NCBI RefSeq assembly: GCF_003704095.1
Contig: NW_020843530.1
Span: forward strand, 1-64,000
Length of the DNA stretch: 64,000 nt
DNA from: Pocillopora damicornis
Lineage: Eukaryota
Reading direction: 5' to 3'
A program made the position numbers and the translations under genes. The notes under the pieces were generated by a model, which did not search any database, was not told where the DNA came from, and worked only from the letters and a program-made list of their open reading frames with translations. Below, piece by piece: positions 37,501-49,996 of the stretch; the first letter of the stretch is position 1, and each line of letters starts with the position of its first letter.

Positions 37501-37829
37501 CTTTTTTTTCTTATTTTAAATTCATAGAAAACAATTACAGTAAAATAAAACAAACAGTAAAGTGGATACCGTATAAAAAGAATACTGCAGCACTTTAAGG
37601 ACTCCATGACTGTAAATAAATGAAAATCACATATGTGAACTGCGGGTTATTAAATGCATATGAAAGCAATCTTCGCCGTAATGAACACTGTTAAAGCAGT
37701 AATGGAAAAAGGTCTGACAACGTTTTCCCTTGTTTTCAGGTCTTATTTTTACTACTGCTTAAGCAGTGTCCATATTTTTACATATTCATACTTTGAGGAC
37801 CATAATAGATAAACAAACGAATTAATGCT

Positions 37830-38645
37830 AGGTGCGACTGATTAAAGCACCATATGGATACAATCTGCTGCATCGTTAGCAGTAGGCTTTCTCTTCTCCG
37901 TCGTATCAACCTTGCCTCAACTTTGATTCTGCTTTAAGATTCTATAACTCTATAACTGCTCCTACCATCTCCTCTTATGACTCCTTTGTCTTTAGAAGCG
38001 TGCTGGGCGTATACTCCTTGATGCCAACTGCTCTTCGGCTTCTCTTTCTTTATTTTTGAAACTGAAATGGATCCCCTTTTTGATCTCATTAAAAAAGCAT
38101 TCTCAGGAACAGATTTCAATTTCTTTCTGATTCGCGTGGACCTTTGGGCCGTTATACAAGAGCCCTCTCTATGATTTAAAGATGCCATACCCACATGGTA
38201 ACTCTGGGAAACGCACACTTGCCTATAGTGCTACTAAACTCTTCAATGAACTTAGTTCCGACCTTAGAGAGTTCTCTACTTCTTCTTCTCCGCCGACATT
38301 CAAATTCATTCCCTCCTCTCACAAATCTAAATTACGAAATCTATTTCTCCTACGCCTATCCTCTGCCCGGAGCACTTGAAGGATCTACTGTGTTCGATTT
38401 GCTGCTTTTCTATTTATTGTAAATGTTCTTCATGGTGCCAACCACATCCCATGTCGAGTATTTTGTATATTTCACTCTCTTCTATCAATTTATATATTAC
38501 AATTTTATTACGTGTTAAAAGTTTATTCTACTTTAAATATCGTTTCTCTTGCATATATATTAAAATCTATTTTTGAGGGTCGTAAGTTAGAAAACTGTGA
38601 TAGGTTATTGCGTCTCCCTTTTTAAATAAAGTTATTCATTCATTC
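37830..38645 (+). mobile_element. Degenerate CR1/L2 LINE 3' end
   Basis: *KRAGRILLDA..LFLKLKWIP..; PYPHGNSGKRTLAYSATKLFNEL; AATAAA followed by (TTCA)n tail at ~38625-38645. Confidence 0.7.
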
Positions 38646-39774
38646 AGAGTTTAATCATTTCTTTTATTTATGAAATAAAATTAACTCTATGTCAGCATGT
38701 AGATTGGTATGTTGCTCGCATCAATAATATCACAGCATTGGAGTAAAACAAATATTTTCAGTATGTATCTGGCACCAATAAGATCACAGCATCGTTGTTA
38801 CTCGCACCGTTGAGATCACAAAATTGTCCTAAAACAAATATTTGCATTATCTGGATCGCACCAATAAGATTGTGCTTTCACGCCAATACATTTCAAGACC
38901 ATCGTTACTATTTTAAGAGTTTCTTTGGTTTACAGCTGAGACATTATAAATCAATATTTGGAATTTTCATAGATAGTATCTACCCGGAATCATTCTCTGA
39001 GTGGATAATAGGATAACAGGATTTTATTTCCCATAATATAGCAATTATTCTTGTAACTTTTTGGTGCCAGTTTCTTTAAATTTAATGTTTTACCGTTATA
39101 CTGCCCTATCGAGGCTAAGCTGGGGTGGCAGAACAGAGATCACAGCAGTTGGTTATGCTTGCACCAATCAGAGTATCAGGGTATTGTCCCTCTTTAACAT
39201 GTCAGTCATGTCATAGAATTAGGGTGCCAAAAAGTGTTGCAATGGAATGAACCCAACATTGACACTCACTACGAATGCATTAAACAAAGAACTGTGTTCT
39301 CATTCACCAAGTTAAATTGTTCATACCCTACGTCGATAGCTCTACCCAATGCTAGATTTCTATTTCACTTAAAGCATTTTAAGTACATTTTAGCGCATGG
39401 TGTCAACTCACAGTTAACTTCATTGTTACCGAGGCACTTCCCGTAGGGGGCCCAGGTTGAAGTTACAGCTTCGTTTTTTTTTCCATTTTTGCATTCATTC
39501 GGAAATCGCAGTCGTGTCCTTAACACGCACGTGCGAACTTATCTATACGTAAAATATTTAAAGCACTAAACATTCAGAGCTGTTCTTGTAAATTATAATA
39601 ATGATATTCCTTCTTTGGTTATACATGACGAACTCTGTCCTTTTTGTTTTTGAAGAGTTTGAGAGATTTCCGATCTGAACAAACAAAGTCGATACCAAGA
39701 GCTCTTTTTAAACAAGAGAAACCAGGAAACCAAGACAAACATCGTTCTTGGTGACTTAGAACAGCCAAATGGCG

Positions 39775-40690
39775 CTAGAGAACAAATATGATGTTCTTAC
39801 GATCTCGGAGATCATTACCATTTCTCGACTATTACCAACATCAGTGTCCAGATTGAAGGTTACCCGATATTCAGGCTGGATCGCTTGGGGAAGTCCGGCG
39901 CTGGTGACTGTGCTTATGTCAGACATTGCTTAAAGGGTGGGATCCTCAAGGATCTGGCTGGCATCGGCGAATCAGATCTACATCAACTCTGGTTACAAAT
40001 CCAAAACAAGAATAGGCGTTCGATCTTGCTGTGCATAGTTTACATACCCCCGGACAGAGGCCTTTCCTGTCTCGAAAATGAGCTCATGCCAACATACGTG
40101 AAGGCCTTATCCCGTAACAAGGACATCGTACTAACTGGGGATGCAAATTGTGACCTATTACTCAAAACCCCCAAGGATGACGCTCTTCGGTCTTTCTGTA
40201 CCTCCGTGAACGCCCGCCAGTTGATAGACAGACCTACTAGGGTCACTATGACGTCACGTAGCCTCTTGGATATTGTCATGGTATCAAACAAGGACATAGT
40301 AAAGCCCTGAGGTGATTTAGACCTCACCATTAGCGACCACTACCTAGTGTACATCGTCCTTGATATGAATGTGCCTAAGCCTCCACCCATCTACATCACA
40401 ACGCGGAGTTTCAAAAACTGTACTGCTGACAAGTTCTCCGTTGACATCACACGAGTACCATGGGAAACTGTGAAATTAATGGCCTCAGTGGATGACAGAG
40501 TGGATGCTTTTAACAACCTCTTTCTAACATGTCTTGATAATCATGCCACCATGAAAACTCTGAAACTAAAGCGCAAATCAAATCCATCCATCACTGCTGT
40601 GATCAGGGAACGGATAAATACAAGGAATAAGCTCCATAAGCGGGCGCGTAAGAGCGGAACCCACGAGGAATGGAAAGCTAATAAATAAAT
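39775..40690 (+). mobile_element. LINE APE-endonuclease fragment (CR1/L2-type), decayed
   Basis: YDVLTISE, IEGYPIFRLDR..GAG, VYIPP, GDANCD, PTRVT..LLDIVMV, ISDHYLVY. Confidence 0.85.
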
Positions 40691-43359
40691 ATGTGTCCGA
40701 GAGGTGAACTTGGGACGCCTCTGCTCAAACTTCTTAATTGCAAGCGCAACAACAACCTCAAGAAACCTCACCCCAGCACCCCGGGGTTGTAAGATTGCAT
40801 GTAAACGCGTTTTATTTTTCGACCACGGTTAGGCGGGTTACCTCACTTACCTGGGGTCCCCCACCACCACGTAAAAAGGCCCTAAATGTAAAATGTTGAC
40901 GTTTGCCGCGGGCTTTATGGTAAATATATACTGTATGCGGAATCACGNNNNNNNNNNNNNNNNNNNNNNNNNNNNNNNNNNNNNNNNNNNNNNNNNNNNN
41001 NNNNNNNNNNNNNNNNNNNNNNNNNNNNNNNNNNNNNNNNNNNNNNNATAATCTGCAGCTAAATGACGTCCCAGGCGCTGATTTCGAAAATTCACTGTAC
41101 GCTTTCGGCCAATATGTAATAGTGTATAATAATACTAATAATTAATAACCACTCAAACTAAATAGGAACAGAAACTTATGCTTTGTGAATATTGATAAAC
41201 CACCCAAAATAGATCAGAACAGAAACACCTGCTCTTTCAATATAAACAAACCAATCAGCCGAAAGGCATTCAGCAATTTACCGTCATGAACTTAAGACTC
41301 GGTTCTTAATTAGAGCAATTTTCAATTGAGTGTCGAAAGTAATCCGATATTTTTCCTGCTGATACAATCCTATACAACGTAATCAAGCTGTTAAGTTATG
41401 GGATCAATTTACTTAGGCCCCAAGCTTTCATTCCACACAAAAATCGACTTTCAACTAACTTTTCTGATTAAAATACAAATTTATCAAAGTGGCTACAAAT
41501 GTTTGTGTATTTACTACACAATATGGTTTCTTGTTAGCACAGAATACACGATGAGCGGAATGGTAAAGGGCGAGTCTAAGTGATCAGCCGCTATGGAACT
41601 AGAGATCTTGGGATCTTTGGAGCTAGGTTGTAAAATTTGGGGCGGGAATAGAGACAACATAGTATCTAATGTAAATAGACAAATATATAATTCTTTCGGA
41701 TGACCCATTATCATCCATGTGGTACTCCTTAAGGAGTTTCCTCTTAACGCATGAGCTGCGAATTAATTCTACGTTATCGATTGCACTCGCATGGACACGA
41801 GAAATTTTCCCGTGAAACGCACAGCACACGTAGTAATTACCAAAATGTATAACAAAAAACGAGTATCATGCTGTAGATGTATACAATGTAGAAGAAAAAA
41901 TATATCAGCATTCCCTTGCAAAAGAAACAAGAGTATCGTATTACATCGCGTTCTTCCAAACTCTCCTAAAAACTTTTTCTTACAACGTTGTTATTGTGGG
42001 TTACGAATTCGTTTGCAAGTAAAATGTTGCACAGCGAGAAAAGGAAAGCCGATTATTATGTTTGAAAGAGGGCGAGTACCATATAACATGAACATTACTT
42101 CTCTATTCTTTTCAATGAACAACAGAAGTGTCATGTTACAATTATTTATGCTATGGAAGACAAACAAAGTATCATATTGCATTCCTTTACGAGAAGTACA
42201 AAAGTATCAGATTACATCACGTTCTTCCGAATTCTTCAGAAAATGTTTCTGTTGTGGCCGTTTGTTATTCTGAAATCGCAACAGCCATGAGCCAAACTGT
42301 CAGACTTATCATATGGCCTCTACTGAAATTATTCATCTCACGCAAACAAAATATTTCTAAATGGTAACGCAATCCTGACATAGTCGCCTTAATCCTCTTG
42401 AATTCTATACTAGCCTTTGAGTCTCTGAGTTTCAACTCGCTTGTTCCCGCTAAACGCCATAAAATAGCTAGGAATTTAGGGGTACATTGTGTGCGAGAAG
42501 CCCTCAGATTTAAATGCTTGATATTTACAGCAGAGGAAAGTTCTGCTTAATTGCTTAATCTTCACAGAGGAAAATTCTGCTTACGTGCTCAACTTGATTC
42601 ACTAAGAGAAGTTTTGCTTAACATAAATGTTGTTAGGTGGTAGATTTTGATTGGTTTTTAGCAGAATGAACAGCAATATATAAAACGGCAGCTTTGCCTC
42701 TTACAGCACTGGGCATTTTTTCTCGGTTCCAGGGAAGAGCACAGCAGAGTCAGTTGCGTAGGTGAGAGGATTCCTCCTTGTGGCTCATACTTGAAAGTAT
42801 TTGAACGTGTGTTCTTGAAAAAAAAATTCTTACGCCTGACATTTAATACAAGTTCACTGATACTAGCATCGAACTTAAATGCATGGCTTGGAAAACGACC
42901 TTCAGTTTGTCTGTTGATAAACATTGGTGACGGAATTGAGTCAAATTTAGTGATTACGATAGCAGGTAACCTCTTTGAAATGACTTTCAGTTATTTCACC
43001 CACCTTTTTTTCTTTGTTTGCAGTGACGATATTCGGTACTGCCTTGACGAACTGTACCAACCCCTCACAGATTAACGCAAACAATCACACCTTAGGGCCT
43101 GTGCCGTGACCATACGGTACGCTTACGGTCCAGAAAACATATTACCATATTTTCTTAGGGGCTCCGCTTGCGCGCTCCTTCAGAGCGCGTAGGAGCTCCA
43201 ATACAATGTGGGTGCATCAGTAGACAGCGGTCGAATCAGTGGTAAATCACATCATCTCTNNNNNNNNNNNNNNNNNNNNNNNNNNNNNNNNNNNNNNNNN
43301 NNNNNNNNNNNNNNNNNNNNNNNNNNNNNNNNNNNNNNNNNNNNNNNNNNNNNNNNNNN

Positions 43360-44066
43360 CGTGATTCCGCATACAGTATATATTTACCATAAAGCCCGCG
43401 GCAAACGTCAACACTTTACATTTGGGGCCTGTTTACGTGGTGGTGGGGGACCCCAGGTAAGTGAGGTAACCCGCCTAACCGCGGTCGAAAAATAAAACGC
43501 GTTTACATGCAATCTTACAACCCCGGGGTGCTGGGGTGAGGTTTCTTGAGGTTGTTGTTGCGCTTGCAATTAAAGAGTTTGAGCAGAGGCGTCCCAAGTT
43601 CACCTCTCGGACACATATTTATTTATTAGCTTTCCATTCCTCGTGGCTTCCGCTCTTACGCGCCCGCTTATGGAGCATATTCCTTGTATTTATCCGTTCC
43701 CTGATCACAGCAGCGATGGATGGATTTGATTTGCGCTTTAGTTTCAGAGTTTTTATGGTGGCATGATTATCAAGACATGTTAGAAAGAGGTTATTAAAAG
43801 CATCCACTCTGTCATCCACTGAGGCCATTAATTTCACAGTTTCCCATGGTACTCGTGTGATGTCAACGGAGAACTTGTCAGCAGTACAGTTTTTGAAACT
43901 CCGCGTTGTGATGTAGATGGGTGGAGGCTTAGGCACATTCATATCAAGGACGATGTACACTAGGTAGTGGTCGCTAATGGTGAGGTCTAAATCACCTCAG
44001 GGCTTTACTATGTCCTTGTTTGATACCATGACAATATCCAAGAGGCTACGTGACGTCATAGTGACC
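43360..44066 (-). repeat. Inverted near-identical copy of 40241-40947
   Basis: Both arms are 707 bp; ORFs 40347-40688(+) and 43619-43960(-) differ at only 4 residues. Confidence 0.95.
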
Positions 44067-44149
44067 TGGGTCCCCATTTTATGCAGATTGACACGTTTGC
44101 TGACAGCACCCCCCCCCTCCTTGCTTCCTTTGAGAAAAAAATGCAGAAG

Positions 44150-44233
44150 AGCCTCGGGGCTGCACTTTACCGGAAGCAGGATGGTCAGCGGAGGGTGATT
44201 CCTTATGGATCTCGTGCACTAAGTGCAACGGAA
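44150..44233 (+). mobile_element. Gypsy-type RNase H fragment
   Basis: SLGAALYRKQDGQRRVIPYGSRALSATE matches the GLGAVLxQ..RVIAYxSRxLSxxE motif. Confidence 0.65.
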
Positions 44234-44845
44234 TGAGGCAAAAGTATGGCCATGGAAAAAATTACAGAAGACATTTTTCCAAAATGTGGACGAAAATTCC
44301 AGTGCTACTCACAAGGTGTTTTTGAGAGCGTTGGAGCGTTGCAGTACTATTCAGATGACAGCGTCTTTTGTAATAGTTGCTTAATCTGTGGATGAATTTT
44401 AGTTTGGAATTAAGTGCCACAAAAACAAGCAATGCCGCATTTTGGGCGAAAACTTGTTAGTCTAAAACACTACGTGTTTTAGACTAATGTTTTTACTGAC
44501 ATTGTTGCTGCTGTTGCCAGCCGGGTGACGTCAATGGACTGATACAATTTGATTTAAAGATAGAACGGTATACCACGCCGGCACACCAATGTGTAGCTAG
44601 TGAAGGAAGAAAATGTTGCGTTTATTGTGTTGTCGAAAAGAATCTCGGTCATAATTTTAAGATATATAGTAAAGACTAAGTCCGTTTATGAAGGTGCCAT
44701 TCATAGTATCGTGGTATGAAAAAGGTAACAAAAAGAAGCCAGTTGTAAGCCATAATTCAAGATGGTTTTAATAAATATAATTGCTATTCATCCCAATTTC
44801 CTATCCTCACCATTCCCACATCCATGCCATTCCTTATTTTTTAGA

Positions 44846-44944
44846 CGGGATGATTTGCGGTCCCCATCAGGGATCATTTCCGGTCCGGGATCATTTGCGA
44901 TCCGGGATCATTTACGGTCCCGGGATCATTTGTGCACCCGTACA
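44846..44944 (+). repeat. Tandem gggatcatttgcggtcc repeats (MITE terminus)
   Basis: About 5 visible degenerate copies ending at ..cgtaca. Confidence 0.75.
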
Positions 44945-47900
44945 TACGTCACCTTTTACGTGTTCAGTTCATAAGAGTAAATGCCTACTTGTACACATCA
45001 CTAAATTACGACCAGTGGGAGGGTTGGAACGGGAAACCACTGGAAGAGCCAACATTGTTTTACCATGGCTTGACCGAGTTAGCAGCAAACCTTCTTTACA
45101 GTGTCTCTGACGAGGTTGTAAACATTGCGAAGGCTTTTGAAGAGAAGACAGGAACTTATTACGTTTTGTCTAACGCAACAAGTTCTTCTTTTATCATATC
45201 ACATATACATTTTTTTCATCTACTTTTCCCTTATTCCCAGTTAGGGAGTTGTAACCTGGAAAATCCAAAGGCGAAGTAGTCGATGCAAAGAGGAAATAAA
45301 TGAAGCACGGCTGCTGCCGTGACCCTTTAATTATTTAATCAGCAAAATGTTAACTTTGTTTTGTTTCTAATTTTCACGACGTTTTATTGCATCTGATTGT
45401 AACAAGATTTTATCAGATCGTAGCTTCTGATTTTGTTTGCAAGGTTGCCTGTAAATTAATGTGGCAACGTCCATCTGGAATACATAAACTTACCTCATAA
45501 TTTTAATCAGTTGTCAAGAAATAGACAGTTGGTTCGGAAAACATATAAGTTATTTTAGAATATTTAGTGAAATATGTGGAGAAAACTTGCACCAAGCGTC
45601 ACATTCCACCTTTAGCTTTCCAAGACTTAGAACTTTCCCTTGTTTTATTAAAGGATGATAATGAATTCACATTTTTAGTAGCTCTTTAATTTCATTTAGT
45701 AGCTCTTTAATGTCACTTTGTCGACTGAAAACTGAGGATGGAAAATTCCTTCCAAATTTCACCCGCCGTTACATGAGGAGGATATACCTTTTGGCTTGGT
45801 TGTCATCCGGGGCACGGGAGAAATCGTAGGGCTGGAGACACCGAATATTGACAGGGTACTTACACGGAGTCAGCAGCAAATGGGAAGGAAAACCTTGTGG
45901 ACAGAAAAGTGCAAGGAAAAGATATCCTCTCCTCCAGGGCACCACATCACTCTTGAATCCATATTGTGTTTAATATAATCAGATTTCTTTCACTAAACAT
46001 CGCGACATTTTTTTAGGAAAGGTGACAAATTTGAGAAATTGAGTCGCACATTTGAGGGAATTTTACACACTTTAGATTCAATTTCAATTCTTCCATGGAT
46101 ATCGAAACAAAAATGTCTAATAATTTTTCAAAAAATTTAGATAATTTTTTGTGGCATCTATAGGTCATCACAATAACACTAGAAACCTCACCCAATCTGA
46201 CGTTTGGGATCGGCTCTCATCCGCTTGACGTTAAGTAGAAATTACCCGTTAAGGTTGTAAGACTACTTTCATAGTTTCACCTTCAGCTCACACCTTTTAA
46301 TTCACTTATTTGGCGGTTCTCCGCATCAGCCATTTCGTGAAATAATACAAAATAGGGCACACCTTAGCATAGTTTTGATTATTATGTTTGAGTTTTGAGA
46401 AGTATCGTTTGCTTGCATTACCGCTTGCTAAATTAAACTTTTTTCTTGTTGATTCGTGTGACTTACAAACTGAAACTCCTGAATTTCACTTTTCCTCCAG
46501 GAAACAAGAACTTTTCTCTAGTTTTTCTATGCATCAAAACACTTCAGTAAAATTATATTTGAAATGATCAATTTTGGCCCCGATTGGATTTGGAATTATA
46601 TGTCAACCGGCGGTAGCAAACTACTTACAGTGATACAGTCAATCTTGGATAATACTTTCATAATTCTAGAGGAGAACTCGCAATTTGAACGTAATGTGGG
46701 TAACTTTTGCAAACAGTTATACTTTCCTATTAGCAGAAAAAAGATTAGTCCGAAAGGTGGGTGGTACACGTAACTTGTAGGAAATTATTACTACTAACTT
46801 TTTTATTTAGCAAGTGGATTTTACCGAAGGAACCGTTTTCACTTCATTGATTCTTCCTTGATTGGAAAACCGAACAAGATCCTTTACAGGGAAATTGCAT
46901 GTTTTCAACTCATCAGCTTTTCCTCAATATATTCATCAACTGAAGTTCTCCTTCATGCGGTTGAAATTTAAATTTAATGATGATTTCAACAACATAAAAG
47001 AACACCTCAGTGATCTTAATGTGAATCATCGCAGCCGTCATAAAAGACAGGAAGAAGCATAGGGTTGATGTGAGTCGACTGACTGACTACCTAAATGAAA
47101 GGACTACTTAAACCGTCATCATTGATGTTTCCTTTTACACCCAGTGTAGTCAATTTAAAATGTTTCATTCAAGTAACCGTCAGAGCCAGGGTTGTCTTCG
47201 TTCCCATTTACTTTCCACTGAGACCAGAAAAAGTCGTAATGCTTTTTGAATTTGTTTTGGTTCTTGGCAAAATGGATAACGTTTCTGTTTTGCTTTCTTT
47301 TTCTCCCTTTTTTGTATTTCTTCTTTTCCAAAAGTATGTGTATTTTTTCTTCTTTTCTTCCGGAGGGTAACCATTAATTGTGTATTGGTAGGATTTAAGA
47401 AGTCAACAACCAAAGCGCAGCGTTTATCTTTCCTTTAACCGAGCGTCTTAGATGTGTTAGCCTTATGCACGTAGTCTCTCAGTCCATTGTTTATCCACCA
47501 GTAAAATTTATTTCCATCAGATATCGGCAGCCAATTATTTACGAGCTGAAACGGCGGATGAAAAAAATGAAAAAGGGTTTGAGCACCAGTTTAAAGCAGG
47601 CGCTTTTCGAATTCGATCGTCAGAGCAATCAGCATGGACGATAAATGAAATTTTTATTGAAGGGGTTTTAACTTAAACTTGAACTTTAGTTTTACGCACG
47701 CTTAAATTAAGGGTGATGCCTTTCTTATCTCCGCCTTTCATGCTCCTCTAGTGGCACAAATCGTAAGTCCACGTACGAGGATACATAGGATTTATAAATT
47801 TTAACTCTGCAAGGCTGATGCCTCTTCAAAACACTATTACCATTGTAAATCATATGCACAATAATCTCCTCTAGGGCAAAACAGAACCGTGGAATCATTA

Positions 47901-49996
47901 CTCTTGAATCCGCGTTGTGTGTGAGGTTATGAAAAACCGTATTCGCCTAAAGTAATCTTACCGTAACTTTCCGTTGGTTGTGTATGCCAAAGAGAATTGA
48001 GAGGGGAAGGGAGGGGCTGTAGTTTCACTGTTTCTCGAATACTCTCGCCTAAAAAGCCCTAATGAAGCCTGAACTGTAGTCTCGCGGAGCGAATTGTATC
48101 TTGACTCAAGTATATTTCATTCTAAGATCTTTCCTTGGTTGCCTGTTTTACCCATGTTGTCTTCGTTAACGTTAAAATAATATTGTTTGAATATTTTCCC
48201 TTGATGCCACGTAATATTTCTGTCGTGTTATATGTAAAATACAAAACGAATAAAGAAAAGCATTTGAATGCTCCAATAGGTCCTTAAACGTTGATCTGAA
48301 CTCCGAGTAGATGATGATGCACTTATTAAATAAAGGGCGCGCTAAATATCCATCATAGTAATTTATGATTTCACATAGCGTTTCCCAAGATATTCTCTTA
48401 CGTTGCCTTGTTAGGAAAAAAAAAATTTTGCAAAGATACTGTTTAGTTTCGTCTGAGGGATGAACACAAGGCAATTTGTCTTTTTTTTTTAATTGATTAA
48501 GCAAACTTGCAATATGATGCTGCTAAAACAGGTTTCTTTAGTACACTTTTCAATTTGACGAGAAGCCCAACCAGCTGGGACTGGGACTATGGCATGAAGC
48601 AGGTACCAGTCATACCCCATACGCCGCTGTGCACTCAACTTATCCACCTATTATGAATAATGAAACGGCACTGTGGGCTCACAATAGAAACCTCGTGTAA
48701 AACATAGGACATCACATCAAAAGCACTCTCTAATCATTTGCGTCGCAACCCTACATTCTTTTCTTTTGAATTTTTGTTTCTACCAACATTTAACATAAAT
48801 GTCGATCCATTGTTGTTCAGGTAACGACGGGATCTCAGAGAAGGAAATCACTGTCAATCTTACGACTGGTAAGTTTATTCCTCGTTTAGAGTAATTTCGA
48901 TGGCCATGATCTTAGCGACGACATTTGAGCCACTATTATCCCAATAAACTGACTATAGCTTATTTGCCATTCATTAAGCTTTATGCTTCACGTTATGAGA
49001 TTTTATTATCCTAAGTTCAAATGGCGTGAACAAGGGTATTATTACACAAGTCAGCTACTAGGTTTGTTTATGAAGGGTATTGTATATAGAGTACTCGTCT
49101 AAAAAGAAATGCACGTGTTGAAGATTCCAAGGAAGCTGTTTTTCGGGAACTTTTTTAACCTTAAATTGATTAATGAGATTCGGAATTTTCGCTGTCGAAT
49201 CACATGCTCCATACATAGTATATCCTCAGAACAAATGCAAGTCAGTGAATAGTGAATTTGATGAAGTCAATGAATTAGCTCTATGAAAAGGTAAATATGA
49301 TGCTGCTCGTCATAAACAGCCTTGTAGATGTACCCTAGTATTATAGATCATTCTATCGAACTACTTTCCATGATTTACTTCATATCGAACCACCAGATGG
49401 GGAATTTTCCAACAAAACTTTGTCCACCCGCTCACGAGGACCTACCCTTTCGACGGATTGTTCTAAGGAAACAGATTAGGACGCTTTCACGCGAGACCAT
49501 TTTGTCAGTGAGAAAATAACAAGTGAAAAGAAGTTACAAGTTTCGACAAGTTAAGAATGTGGCTTATGAGATCAAATACGATATAGTGTTTGTTTAGTCT
49601 TTGTAATGTTTGAACTTACTTACCTTGACCCCTTCTTAAAAGCTGCATACTAGCATTTTTACTACTTTCCGAAATAATATTCTTTTCTGTTGTCCTTCTA
49701 TTTAGAAAACTTTACCGAAGATTCAAAACATATTTTACTGTCCCCATTTTAGCAGTCATTGACAGAGAAATCTTAAGTATTTATATCAAAGGCAAGCCTA
49801 GCATTGTTGAATTTATGTTTCCTTGTGAACTAATGTACAGATATTCTGTATCGTTTTCTGGTACCCATTAATTTATTACTTCTTTAGTTGTGATGTTTGA
49901 TTAATCTGAGTACACTTTCTTGCTTCATTATTTTTCATTTTATTCTCTTTTTTTTTTTAAGATTGTGTCAGGTCCCCAAATTGAGTGGGGCTTGTA

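Noticed and set aside
46290-46335. Minus-strand ATG exon MADAENRQISELK
   Set aside because: Very short, weak donor, and no linked downstream exon identified.
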